Below, in pieces: positions 14,907 to 28,074 of a stretch of DNA of 36,500 bases. The position numbers and the translations under genes are program-made. Below the pieces are notes generated by a model. That model made no database searches. It worked only from the letters and a program-made list of their open reading frames with translations, and was not told the DNA's origin. Position 1 is the stretch's first letter. Every line of letters starts with the position of its first letter. Origin of the DNA: Choristocarpus tenellus KU-1152 (Eukaryota; Protista; Phaeophyceae); NCBI GenBank assembly GCA_964200185.2, contig CAXNAD020000045.1, forward strand, positions 1 through 36,500, read 5' to 3'.

Positions 14907-17900
14907 TTATATGCTTACCACATTCCTTGTTCCCCAGCGCTGATCCTGCCTGGCCCCAACAGCATCTGATGCCTGTGCGTCTCTGCCTTCAGTGGTTGAC
15001 CTTCCATTTACCCTGGTAGGACCAAAACTTGGCCTGCCCAGCATAATCCGTGCCTTACTTGAAAGCTCACGTGCATAGCGACCAATAGTTACACTCTTGT
15101 CCCCTTCTGGTACCTCCTGCAGACCGTTGATGGAGTGTGAGTACCTATAAATTTCCCTTATTCTTCCAACACCAGACTTAAAACAAATTTACTGATAAGG
15201 TCTTGATCAGCAAATTGCAACAACTAAACATCCAACTGGGTGTGAATCTTACCGTTACTGAGGCCTGAATCACTGGGAGATGCACATGGTTTTCCACTCT
15301 TGTATAGACTCCTGTGACACAATCAAAATGGAGGTTTGCACACTTGATGAGTGCCAACCAAACAGGCAGTGCGACTGACGCTCACCCTACCTACACAGTA
15401 CTTCTTTTTGTGTAGTACTTGTGTCTAGACAACTTCTGACTTGACACCAACAATCTTTCAGTTTGAAATTGGTGTGTAGTGATGATGACACAAATATAGA
15501 TATGTTTCCATGTACCTGAAGGAATCCAAAATACAACACCAGATGCTAAGCAGAACCGAAGCAAGCTCATAACATGGACTCACCTGTGTAATCTGCTGAA
15601 GGTTTTCCAGGAATGTCTCTAACCACAGGAACAGGTACCGCAAAATCGTGTGAGAAGTGCTTGTCAAACTCTGTGAGGCGGTAAGGCTGAGGAAGGAAGA
15701 GTGGAGTAGGAATCGTGTTTAGTCCACACACCCTCATTTTTTTTTGGTGTATTTCTAGCAGATGAGCATTGACCAAATATCAATCAAGTCTTGAGTCCAA
15801 CATCAACTGCACTGCTAGGCATAAAAAAATATCAACGCATCTAAAGTAGAACCTAACCAAAAAACAGCGCCCCCCAAGGAGGGGATTGCTAGCTGCTGAA
15901 GTTCAACCTTAAAGTGGCAAGGCATCAGTGGTAGTCACTGGGTAATTGCATTGTGAGGAGTCCAGTCCTACCGATATTAACACAAGGCAGATGTATTTGT
16001 GAAACAGAATTTAAATATTGATTCTTGGAACTTTTTTTCACACAGGCAGCAAACCTATACTGCCCACATGGCTAGTCAGCAAAAGAAAGACTTTTCTGCA
16101 GTTGCCATGCCACACCATTTGAATAGCATGGTAAAGCTCTGTATGAGTAAGACCTTTCTATCTCTGGCAAGGTGTGACATTTCAGGCAGCATAACCTGAT
16201 CAAGTGCACAAACAATTCTTTCAGCACACCCTTGGCATACCATAATACAGTTGCACTTCAAGGACAACATTTAACTGTTGGGTATTTATTAAATGAGAAG
16301 TGTTTCAACATACCTCATGTATGCGCTCAAAACGGGGGGGGAGCTGTCCTTGTTTGGGAGGGCCAAGATGCATCCACATGCGCTTTTGAGCATATCGCTG
16401 GAGGGAGTCACGCCACCACTGACTCATGGCCGCCCGTTGTCGTGCTGACATGTGACGCACACGACGCTTCTTGAGTTGTGTTTCTGCAATACGGTCTTCA
16501 TCTATCATTCCACTGAGGGTGGTAGCTGCTGGAAGGCCACCACTCCCAGTTTCAGAGCCACTGATGGGGTCCTGGAAAAAATGTAGTGAAGTATCTACTG
16601 TGTAAGAGACCATGCCGACTTACCAGAAGTTCTGACTGAAAGCCACTCCAAAGGTGAATTGATCATGAAGCGTCAAAACGTAGCATACACTATGCAAGTC
16701 AACACAACACATCACCTTCCAGTGACCTCTTATTCCAGTGCCTGTTTCAGTGTCAAGGTCCATTTCTGCCTCTGGTTCAGGCATCTCCTGGACATCGGAA
16801 TGCCATGTAAGGTTTGAATGTTGTTGATGGGTTGTGAGTATTGTTTTGTGCTCTGTCATAGAGTGATAGTTCTCTGTCAAATGTTTCACAGAGAAACAGG
16901 AATGTTTTTCTTGTAATGGTTTGATATCAAATGCTTTAAATACTCTGTGAAGTCTTAAAAGAGCACATTGACAAATAAATGCATACAGAAGTCATTATAT
17001 ACTTGCACACTAAATAGGCTGTTGTGATCTTGATTTCCTCATAGAAGTCTAGGGCAAACCCTAAAAATATTGTCTTCCTTTGATGGGTACTATGACCCCC
17101 TACAGGTTAGGGTATGACATAGATACACACAACTTGGGGGTTTCAACAAACAGGCACAGACACACATTCCTGTCATGTGAACCTTGAACCTTTTTGGAGT
17201 GTCAATACTATGTTTAAGATAAGACAATTCTCTTGCCTTACACCTTTAATATATGTGGAGTGTTAGAGTGCTATTTTCGAGACAAACAACTACTTGTGTA
17301 TCTCAGACTCAGGGTTGTGCATTGTAGCGCCCCAATTAGTAAGTTTCACTAAATGAATAATCAGTATCACGATCAAGCCTTAAGATGTTCCTTTACTCAT
17401 TGGCATATGTGCAGGATACTCGACACTCTGCTGAACGTGCCCTTGCAGCACCTAGCCTTACGAGCTACACACACCCTTTGATTCAATCAAGTACATCAAA
17501 GCTCTTCAGTCAATTCAATTAATACTTTCAAATCCTTTCGATTCACAACCCTGCTCATTTTTATTGCCCACGGTTCAAATGAACTTGCACACCACACCAC
17601 ACTACACCACAGTCCAGCAAAAAAAAAGTCACAAAGGTTTGCCCTCTATTTCAAAATTTGCAAAGGCACACCAAAACACTGCTCTTACTCAGGGTTGAGC
17701 ACAACAACAGTGTCCAACGCTTACCTTCTTAAAAAAACAAGGGTTGCAAACTCATAAAATTGATATTTTCCTCTATTAATACTGGGCACTAACTATGTAC
17801 TCCGGGTATCATACAATGATCTTACATGTCAATATTTTTAGACTGCAGCAATCAGACCAAACACGTGCACAGGAGGCAGGATGTCCTAAAGTTACTGTTA

Positions 17901-20900
17901 TCATATAGTAGCAATTTGCATAACGTGTAAATATTACTATCTTCCTAGTTTATTGCTGCTTTTTCACTACTATGCAAGCTTCATTGTCCAGTTTGGTGTC
18001 TTTTGGATCCATCAACTCAACCAATACTGAAAGATATCACAAATTGAAGCACATACTGGGTATTGTCAATTTCTTCCAACCTCTAACGTACCTCATCCTG
18101 GTCCAAAAAATATTGATGTTTCTTGTATTCACGCATGCTCTGTAATCCTGCATTCTCCACATGGAAGTTATGCAGGTAGTAGTCACTGTCCAGTTCCCAG
18201 AGGGGTATACGGCTACGGGTAGGAGTGAAGTAACCCAGGAACAAATTGATTGCATCTTGCTTCAAGCGGTCTGTGAAGGCATTGCTGTAGTAGCGACGGA
18301 TAGATGTCAACAGCTCTCGATGCTTGTTTGAACCCACCTGACAGAATATCATAAATGTGGGGTTGATACTGTGACCTACAAGGATGGATCTAAACAAATA
18401 ACAACCCAATGCAAGGGATAGGTCAGGTCAGTATAGAACTAACATATACTTGCCTGCTTGCTTGGTCCACTGCCACTTGACACTTTCTTGTGTGCCTCTG
18501 AACCTCCATATTGCAGAGCGATGTGGTCTCCTAACTCCGTATAGATCTCCATCAAAACACGCACCACCTGATAATAATACCATCAACAATATATGCAAGT
18601 ACTGTCATGATAAATGTACCATATCTCCATCGTGTTTGCGGCTTTGGGTGAAGTACTTCATTCTACACTGGTTCTACTTCAAGCAGGCACACTTGTGCAA
18701 GAGGGGTGTTACGCATCAACAAGCACAAACCTGAGAACCTGAATCCAAGGTAGACTGATTGCTGACACCCATCACAAACAGCTGCTTCCCAAGTGCATGC
18801 ACCCCAACACTGAATTGTGCGACATTGGTTCTGTCAAGGCAGTCAATGCAGTTTGTTCGTAGAACGCCATGCTGCTCCATTGGCATCACTGGGTAACCTT
18901 GCCCCCATGAATGACCCATCACCTCAGATCCACCCCCACGCACACCAAGGGCATCACTACTCCCCTCCCCTTTTCCTCCTGCCCCTGCTCCATCTCCTCT
19001 TCCCACCTCCCCAGGTATGGCAGAGTTTCCATCTGCAGACTTAGTTGAGTTGGTGAAACGCAGGCCCTCCTTATGCCGGGCATGCCCCATTCCACTGCTC
19101 ATGAAGCTGCGAGGTCGTTTAAGTGAGCGACCTTCTCCACCTCGCAGTCCTCCTTGGTCCTCTGGAAGCTGACTTGAAGTGCGTTGTGGTGCACTGCAAT
19201 ATAAAAGAGTTCAATTCCCGCCATGAGTCTGTTAATTAATGTGCTAGGAAGTTCACCCTCCAAAGTACACAGCATGTACATTCATAGCAAGGACTTCAAA
19301 CCACAACTGATCAGTGTTTCCCTGAGTTTGCTCTTGCCAATGGATTATAAGGCTAGGTCATAGCTGTTTGATGTTTACTTACCCTGACCTACTTACCTCG
19401 TCCAACAACCCAAATTGCAGGAGTTGCTAGATAGGTTGTTGGATACTTCTGTTACGATAAGCGCACAAATCACTGCAAACACATCAGCCACTGGAATTTC
19501 TACTCTAAGAGTACATATTAGTGCACCTTTTGAATAGTAATCAAGTGACAGATACCGGCTCCCCCTTCTCTCCTTCATGCCTCCAATTAGCTGTTCAATT
19601 GTTCACCAAAACTATATACACCTCCATGAATTATGATTTCAGCGTACCTGCAGAAGACTCCAACCTGACCAAGAGTCCATGCAGCTGCTTCTTCCAGGGC
19701 TTTGAGAACATTTTTGTCTCGGTGTTTGCTGAGATGAGAGAAGTCTAGAGCACAATACCTGATCATGTGCTCCTACATCATTAGGAGGCACAGTATTTTG
19801 AACACAACAGTTAAATTGCTTTGAACATTCACAATTTCTTTCTGGTTACTTTACCATTTACCATTTTATTCCAGATACTTAGTATCACACAAAGTCATTA
19901 GCCACATTGCTATTATCAAGTGAAGAGCAGCCTCCACTATCTTGTGACCCATGAGATATGAACATTAAATAGATTGGGAAGCTCCTTTAGGGGTGTATTT
20001 CCCTCTCATATTGTCATCTCAAGTACTAATACATGAAATTTGGAAGCAATTTGAATAGTGTGCCCTTCCTGTGTCCCTTATTATTGTTCTAGACTGCTTA
20101 TATAGCATTTCTACAATTAAACCTCTAATATATGCACAAAGTATATTAGTTTATCTGATGCGCTCAGCAACAGTCTTGCATGTTCACAGAAGTGTATGTT
20201 GTGTTGAAAGGTGACAAGAGTAATTGAGTGCAAAGATTGTACACTGAAAATTCCAAGACCTTTCTACTACTTTCTACATCGAACATATTGTTTAGAGTAG
20301 TTTAGAGGTAGGTAGAAAGGGCGATATGATCAGATCACTCTAGTCCTTTGAATATTGCTGTGCCATTGGAGGATGAAATGCCAATGCCTCTACTGGCTAT
20401 CAGCACCTCAGTGAGAGAACAAATCAACATCTATGTACAAAAATATGAAGGTGGTTTCATACATAATGCCATCATACATTATGAAAGGTGAGAGTGCAAC
20501 AACAACATACACTATTGGAGCAAGAACTTTCAAGGCTTCCAAAAATATACGCTTGAGACTTGACTTATTTGTGGACCTGTATATGTTTCACAACCATCAA
20601 AGTGCCAAAGCATTCTTGCTTTCAGCATTTCAACCAAAAAATTAACAGGAGAAGAAAAAATGCAATCTTCTGGGTAAGAAGTTTCATCCCTCCACAATGC
20701 AATGATGTTGTCGTTCCATTATAGTTGAAATTAAACAAATAGAGAAGTTGGTTTGAGTGGGACCATGTCAACGACTTTCTTGACATGCAAAAACTATATA
20801 TACGACATGAGGTTCTTGATACCAGCTTTGGTCTCCTGGTGTCTATCTCTATCTTGACCCCCACATTGGTGGCACAAAGCCCTTACTTGTCACACTTCAC

Positions 20901-23900
20901 CAACTCAAATTATAGAAATAGATATGAATCCTATGCCAAGGTGTTCAGTACTACGCACTGATTTACTCGAGAGGAAGGCTGTTCTCAAAAATATTGAGGT
21001 ATGTTTGATGTGATCATTTTGTATGGACTATACAACCGTGGCATGCATACTTGTATCAGCCCTGTGGTTGATGGGACAAGAATGCTCACCTGTGGCATAG
21101 TGGAATTTACATGTTCCACAGCTCTGCGGTACTCCCTCCCCACAATGACTTCCCTTTCTCTTTTCTCGGTCTGCTTCACCAGGTCCAGAACCAGAACAGG
21201 TGAACCATAGCGTTCCAGGAGATCCGCAAAGTGTGCCTGACATCAAATTTAGTGCTTAGAGGGACTTCTGGCATTCTATAACATTTATTTTTTATCTAGG
21301 AAAATGGGGATACATCTCAACACACAACAAAAAATACAGTGATACCTCACAACAGAAAGAGGAAGCATTACGTACATTCTATAGGAAGGTCAGGTAACCT
21401 TTGCTTGAGCCACTATGCTAATATCAAAGTATGAAAACTCATCACAGAGGCTTCACCAAATATCTCTTTCATGTAGGTAGCCTTTCTTCTTCAACAAGAT
21501 ATGATGTTTTGATGTGAGAGATGTTGAATTGTGATTTTTGCCCATAAAAATTGTAGTAGCAGCTTTTGCTCCTCCATTGTGCTCTCACTGACCTGTGTTG
21601 CAGTGTACATAGGGTCGACTCGACTAAGTACTATCGGTGGCTTTGGCATGGTCACACTACTCTCCTGTGTCCAGAAAGTGGGAATTGATCCACGCATCTG
21701 TACAAAAGATGAAAATATCCCTTCCTTGACAGCCTCTGCATGTACAATCTGAAAGAGTCAAGGAAAGGTTAACTGTTGGAAAGAAGTATTAGAGGTGGTT
21801 CTTGCAGCAAGTAGAAAACATTGTTGAAATTGTCAAACCCAAGCTAATTAGACGGACTTGTCCAAATCCAGTTCAAGACATGGTTTGCCAACAGGATTGG
21901 TGGGTCCTCTCACAGGTAGGAATAGCCTGGAATAGCACAAAAGATGACTTGACATTCACTGGGGAAGTGAAACAACACTGAGCTGTACAGCTATTCCAAA
22001 AAGTATGCTATGCTTATACTGTAGTGGCACCAACTATTTTTTGTCATGCTTACATCATTATGGTAATGGAGGTGCAGTTTTTGTCCACACTGTCCCAGAT
22101 GATCAACTTTACGTCATTCCTGCACCAGCAAATTAGTGGATCAGTTATCATTTGAGTTTGGTAGAAATATAATAATGAAATAGAAGAACATGTGACTAGT
22201 AGGGTCATGGTATTTCGCACCTGCTCAACCTCAACATCATTTGCCACATTTCCAGTATCACTAACTCCTCGCTTTAAATATCTGGTATGGATCATCATTG
22301 GGTCAACATGCATCTCTGGTCAACACAGAAGCAGGTCCACTGGTTAGCAAACTTGTGCTCAACATATCCATGCACGTTTTTTTTCCAGTTTTGGTTAGAG
22401 GTGTAACTTGTAACTTGTAACTTGCATCACCGCCCTAACTGCTGTTTCACCTATTCGTTCACATTTTCAAACTATAGTTGGCCAAGGCATCAAGATATTG
22501 GTGTCTCATTTTTCCTTGAAGTATTAGGACTTTGTCGATCAGATGTATCATTCTCACCTGTCATTCATATGCAATTCAGATTACATTACGGATGTACCTA
22601 AAATGGACCTGCAAAGTAGGGAAATCATCTCACTTTCTAGAAACTTCTTGAAAGAAGATTGTGAAATTTGGGTCAATCGGTTGAGCCAATTGTCAGCAAT
22701 AATTGTAGTTATCTCATTTTATGTATGGCGTTAACCATAGTGTTGACCTGTGATCAGGCTATGGGATGAAAGCTTGTACCTTCAAGTCTCTGTACGACTT
22801 GACTCCTATATGATAATATTTCAGCTGCTAACATACACAAAAAAAAATGGGAGGCTCTCAGCAAGTCCTGAGAGCTTTCCAATTTTCAGAGGTTGGGCAA
22901 GGAACCTAGGGAAGTCCATACTTGTTTGCCAGGGAGAACAGAAGTAGAAGTAGGAATATGTCTAGGCATTGCTCACAACTCAAGACAAGCTTAGCTATAT
23001 AATACCCCGAGCAAGGATTCCCTGCATGGGGAATAACCAAAGCAAAAGATCGCAAAGGGTGGCATCAAAGACAAGGGAATGCAAAAAACATAGACCAAGG
23101 ACACAAGTGGCTGTAGTGACAAAGAAACAGGTTGTGGATGCCACCGTAAGCAATGCTCAAGAAGGAAGTTCAAACATATTAAACCGCACCATAATAAGAT
23201 GTGTCTCTACACCCATACACAACATACACTATGAAATGTGGTCTTCCCTTGGGACTTGTTTGCTTAGGTACTCACATCAAAGGGTCTGGGAGGCATCCTG
23301 AAATACCTAGGCTATGAGATGGAAATGATTTCAGAAGATAGCAACAATGACACTATCAAGGCTGATAACTTGGAGCCTGCAATGAATTCCAGAAAACGAC
23401 CCACCAACACTTGGAGTACTCCAACTACACTCCAACTACTTCCAGCATAATTTTTCTTGAAGTGTTTTGTACTGCCAACCACAATGACTTGAGCCGCCAA
23501 AAGATTCCTATGGGTCTTGAGTACATCAACATAACAATGAGATAGGATTCATGTAATAAAATAGGTTAAAAAATCTAGTATATATGAAAACAACAAAACC
23601 CTCCAAAAACATAAAGGATCCCTTCTACAGTGTACACACCCTATTGAACAATGAATTGTGCTTTAGAGGTACTACTACTATAGCTTCATCAACGGGTTAT
23701 GACATCAGCTTTCATTCAACGTAAATAAATTCAATGTACATATATTCAGTGTGCATAAATTCAATGTATGTAACTTCAATATACATAGGAACCTATGTAT
23801 ATAAATTCAATGCAATGAATCAACCTGTAAAAGATTTTACATTTTGAATGCCTCCAGTCTGCTTTGGGGGGTTAGCAGGAGGCCCTTGCACCAAACCACT

Positions 23901-26900
23901 TAGTTGGGATGAGGCCGGGCCACAAGTCAGCTCGGAACTCTTGTTTCAGGACCAGACTAGGAGCATAGGAATTTTGGCAGGACTGTGTCAAGGGGTAGCT
24001 TGGCCAAGGTACATTTTGAAAGGACCGAATCAGATTGCAGTTTAGCCGGGTCACACACTTGTATGTGTAAAATGTGAAAAGGAAAGGAAACACTATATGT
24101 ACATCGCATCATTGGACATATAATAGAGATACTTAAGGCTGCATTTTATCACCAAAAATATTCAATATAAATATAAACTTATCCTTCAGAAACTTAACAA
24201 ATTTCAAATTGGATGGGAATCAATTTTTCAAAAAACCCTCCCCTTGCTGCTCGTAGTATGCCAGTATAGGGAGCACCAATGTATACCTCCAAATGACGTG
24301 TGTGATCTTTCATTCCGTCAAAATAAATTTCCTCCATATACACGAAATTGACAAATGACAACCCACAAATGTTGCAAGCTCCACTATTTTCAACAATTTT
24401 CCCTCAAAAAGACCTTGTGGAGAAGTCAATTTGAAATATAGGTAATCAATAAACTATGTACTTGCTTTGTAGGGCAAGAGTAGAGACAAAATAAAATTAC
24501 CACAGCACCTTTTCTTGACAACAAGACTATTGTAGCAAAGTTGGCAAATAAAACATACCGTTAACAAAAAATGTAAAATATTGTATTAATTGATTATTTG
24601 TCAACAAAAATAATTTTGGCAATTTTCGAAAATAAATAATATATATATACATATACTACAGATCAACAGAAATCAGAAACAAACCTGGACCAGCCGGGAG
24701 ACTAATTTTTTTTACATGTCTGGCATGGGAAAAATATGATTCAATCAGGCCAGGCTGGGGCAAAAAAACAATTCTTAGACCAGGTCACAGCCCAACCCAG
24801 GTGATACATATTTTGAGAGCAGGTCGGGCCTTCAGAAAATGTGAAGGGACTGAGCCCAGCTAACTGCCAGTCCAGTGTAAGGTCCTGGTCAGTAGTATAA
24901 TTTGGGGGGTAGTGCTAGACAAATTTGAGCCCAAAGTGCCTTGGATCCCACATGGAGTTAGGACCTTAAACCAACTTCATGCCCTCTGCCTTATCCACAT
25001 GGTTCCAAACATTTTTTTTTGTTGTCTAACTCAAAAATTGTAGGATATGTTTCATTACTTCTAATTGAGTGCACCCATAATACACATTACATATAGTATT
25101 TATATGACTTGTGAATCTGAACTTCGATCAGGTAAAGAAATTTGAAAAAAAGGTTACGTTCTACCTGGAAAAGTCAAAGACATGTAACCTACTTACGCCT
25201 TATATAAATATACGAATAGAAGAGGGAGGGGGATGTAAAATCGCCTTAGATCAGTATTTTCAATTATCAGAACATGACAAATCGATTATCTTCAGTCAAA
25301 TACAGTCAAGACATCAAAAAATGGAATGTGGCAAGATGCAATTAAAAAAAATAAGATTATTTATCCAAAAGCTTATCAATCAAATAAAGGACATAAAGCA
25401 AAACCACTTCATAAATCACTACATCCAAGGGTAGAAGATGGAATATGGGGTAGTGCTACACAAAAGTTAATAGAATATTATGAAGAAAGTGGTGTAACTG
25501 TAGACAAAAACTGTCTTCAGCAGGCATATCTTGTGTATTTGGCAACCCATCATGGCCACATGTTTGCACCTAGTCATGATCCCATGTGGTGGTGGTTCCA
25601 CTTTAAAACTCAACTAACTCCGATCAATCACCAACACTTTAACATAAAAAGGTCACTTTTTTTCCTACACGCAGACCTGTCCTATCTTAGGATGGCACAG
25701 GGTGATGAGAATGCAAAAGTGAAAGTTGGTGCTATCGTTAGAAGGACATCAAATAAGAGCTGATACCACAATATTGAAACAGTCATTAACAGCAGAGCTA
25801 AATATTTTTCATTCTTTCCTGGTGATATGAAGGCAAGAGTAGCTTTGACACTGATACCTTTTCCGCAACATTATGACTTACCTTGTACCAGCAAAGTGAC
25901 GAGAACGGCGAGCAATAACTGTGATATTGAGCATCCTGCCAGAGAGGTTGCATTTGCGTTGCATAAAGGCACCATGCACAATTGGTAGCACCCAGAAGGA
26001 CGAATTTAGATGACCCACTTGTGCTTCTAGCTCACGAGTCTGATGAAAGTTCCATGCATACATGTCCTGGTTGTGGAACAAGCAAGAGAACGATGATATG
26101 AAAAGAAAACCAGGAAAAGCATGTAGCTCATTGATTTTTTTGCCTTTTTGCAATGGGAGACAGTCCTCTATCATGCAGTGCTGGAGATGTCTATCGTGTA
26201 TGTGCTACAGTCAAGGAAAACACAACAAGCAGAAAACACATCCAACCTTAAACGGTGGTGGCGGGAATGTTTTGCTGGTTGCGGCTGTCATGTTGTGTTG
26301 CAGAGAATTGGTGAGGTCGTAAGTATATGAGTAGAAGAAGTCCTTGGTGAGGTCAATGAACTGGAAAAGCCCAAGGTACCTGGCCTCAGCTAATTCTCTG
26401 GGGGGAAATTTAGACAGACATGAAAGAGAACACAAAGAATTACAAAAATAAATGATGACATATAGCAAGAGGGATACGTAGTGCACACACATTTGTCAAC
26501 TGTTGGTGGCTTCATGGCGCCTCCACACCAGCACGTATAACATATTATAATCTTGAGGATGTAAAGCATATTAATAATATACCTTTCATTTGGGCAATCC
26601 ATGGTGATACCCTCCCTCAATTATCATGAGGACAGGTGCCCATCAAAGCGATTAAGTAATAATCAATTTTTTCTGTTCCGAGTCACAAAATTGGCACTAT
26701 CAATTTCAGCAACACAGTGGAACACACGAGCCTTGGGGTGGGGTTGAGCCTCCGATTAACTTTTGACCATGTGTTCACAAACGCATTGGAGTCCGTGCTT
26801 TCCCCAGTTGTAGAGCTGAGAGTCCCTGCCACGGAGTCTGCCGGCCTAATGGCGAACATCTCCGTATTCTTAACAGCATATATGAGATTTCCGCCGATCG

Positions 26901-27451
26901 CACCAACCTGAGGTATGGGGAAGGAGCCTTAAATTCAGTTACACAAGGAATTCCGGAGAAATGTCTGAAGTATCAAGTGATCGGCACAAGGGTGTTCAGC
27001 GATGGTATCCAACTGGCATCCGCAATCTCAAGCATATAGTTAAATTTGAAAATCGTCTATGTATATGTGTGTGTATAGTCATTACCATCCTCCTCTGAGT
27101 GACGAAGTTGAGGTAATAGCAATCCAGAAATTTGACGAATCCCACAATCCCGTAACCCTTTGCAGTAAGGCGCAGACCCCCTACGGTGCGATTTCCTTCG
27201 TTGATCATCTCCAACATCTCAAGCATATCCAGTGGGGTGTACACGATCGGATCCTCTTGACAAATATCAGCAAGGCTAGTTGCATCGGGAACCCCCCTGT
27301 CGATCTTCAACACCCTGTACTGAGTTTCCAGTTTGTCACATGCTGTCAGGTAGAGGTGGGACGTTGTTTCGTACAGAACAAAACGCTCCAGCTTTGAAAC
27401 CACCGGCTCCAGCGTTGCTTCATTCCCACATTCGCCCCTAACCGTTCTCAT
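14907..27451 (-). CDS. FIG4: Polyphosphoinositide phosphatase FIG4 (SAC domain), at least 16 exons; 3' end uncertain
   Basis: Exons 27451-27086, 26907-26732, 26397-26247, 26066-25882, 22281-22221, 21748-21593, 21236-21090, 19772-19648, 19193-18731, 18567-18454, 18337-18092, 16787-16716, 16571-16314, 15686-15584, 15311-15253, 15116-14919 (donor) or -14907 (read-through TAA). Motifs [68 protein letters not shown], catalytic [45 protein letters not shown]. Confidence 0.93.
23713..23815. repeat. Degenerate ~15-bp minisatellite (about 7 units, consensus aattcaatgtacata)
   Basis: Successive units cattcaacgtaaata / aattcaatgtacata / tattcagtgtgcata / aattcaatgtatgta / acttcaatatacata ... aattcaatgcaat, in FIG4 intron 4. 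Confidence 0.7.
23879..24887. mobile_element. Non-autonomous hAT-type MITE (~1 kb) in FIG4 intron 4
   Basis: Left end gaggcccttgcac vs right end reverse complement caggaccttacac. Flanking 8-mers gttagcag (23871-23878) and gtcagtag (24888-24895) differ by two transitions, consistent with a decayed 8-bp TSD. Subterminal ggcc(a/g)ggc-type repeats at both ends and an AT-rich interior. Confidence 0.65.
25111..25763 (+). pseudogene. Possible decayed transposase remnant (hAT C-terminal-like), antisense within FIG4 intron 4
   Basis: Two overlapping frameshifted ORFs (25111-25434, 25326-25763) with protein-like composition. DPMWWW resembles the DPLxWW start of the hAT dimerisation domain. The downstream S...ERxFS motif is not recognisable. 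Confidence 0.3.
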
Positions 27452-28074
27452 CCTGGAGCAGCCACTTGACTGTCTGAAACCAGCACTGATTGGACATACA
27501 ATACCACAACAATGTTCTCTAACATTGTTTCCACACACACCATGACACCAGCTCTATTATTTGACCAATTATGTGGACAAGAGACATATGTATCAACACA
27601 ATGATCACTTCTACACCATTCCTGTTGTAGGGTACAATGAATCAGGTATGTATTGCAGGAGGAGGAAACTGGGGCGACAGATACGTTAGATTGAATTATC
27701 GCTCTTCCTAATAATGCCCAACCTAATTCCAGCCAGCCACCGCGGGCATCCATCAAACTCCTTTTGTTGAGACTTGCTACCACATAATCCCTCACCCCAT
27801 ATTCCCATCCTTCAGTATTGACAGTTGAGGTAAGGTTGTTCATAAAAGTGTTGATACTAAGACCATACAGTGGGAATGTTGATGATTCACACCCTATGCG
27901 CTATTGTGGGTGATTTTGTCTGGCTATGTTGTGATGGTTGTGATGACCTTTTACCCTTGAAATATCGTAGAGAAAACGAGATTAGGTAATTGGTCCTGCA
28001 CCCCTCGCCTCTTATTAAAGATTCGACGGTGGAGCATTGCTACCAAGTCAAAATGGGTGTGGACCACAGCGGGG
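27452..28074. promoter_or_regulatory. Divergent intergenic/5' region between FIG4 and the EngB gene (may hide small 5' exons)
   Basis: About 620 bp between head-to-head genes. Splice-site-like sequences near both starts leave the true ATGs uncertain. Confidence 0.45.

Noticed and set aside
17056-17114. Telomere-like AAACCCTAA / GGTTAGGGT motifs (also 33283-33293)
   Set aside because: Only one or two units each, so not a telomere or an interstitial array.
22402-22424. (TGTAACT)x3 and other tiny repeats such as (AAAC)n near 36178
   Set aside because: Ordinary slippage microsatellites.
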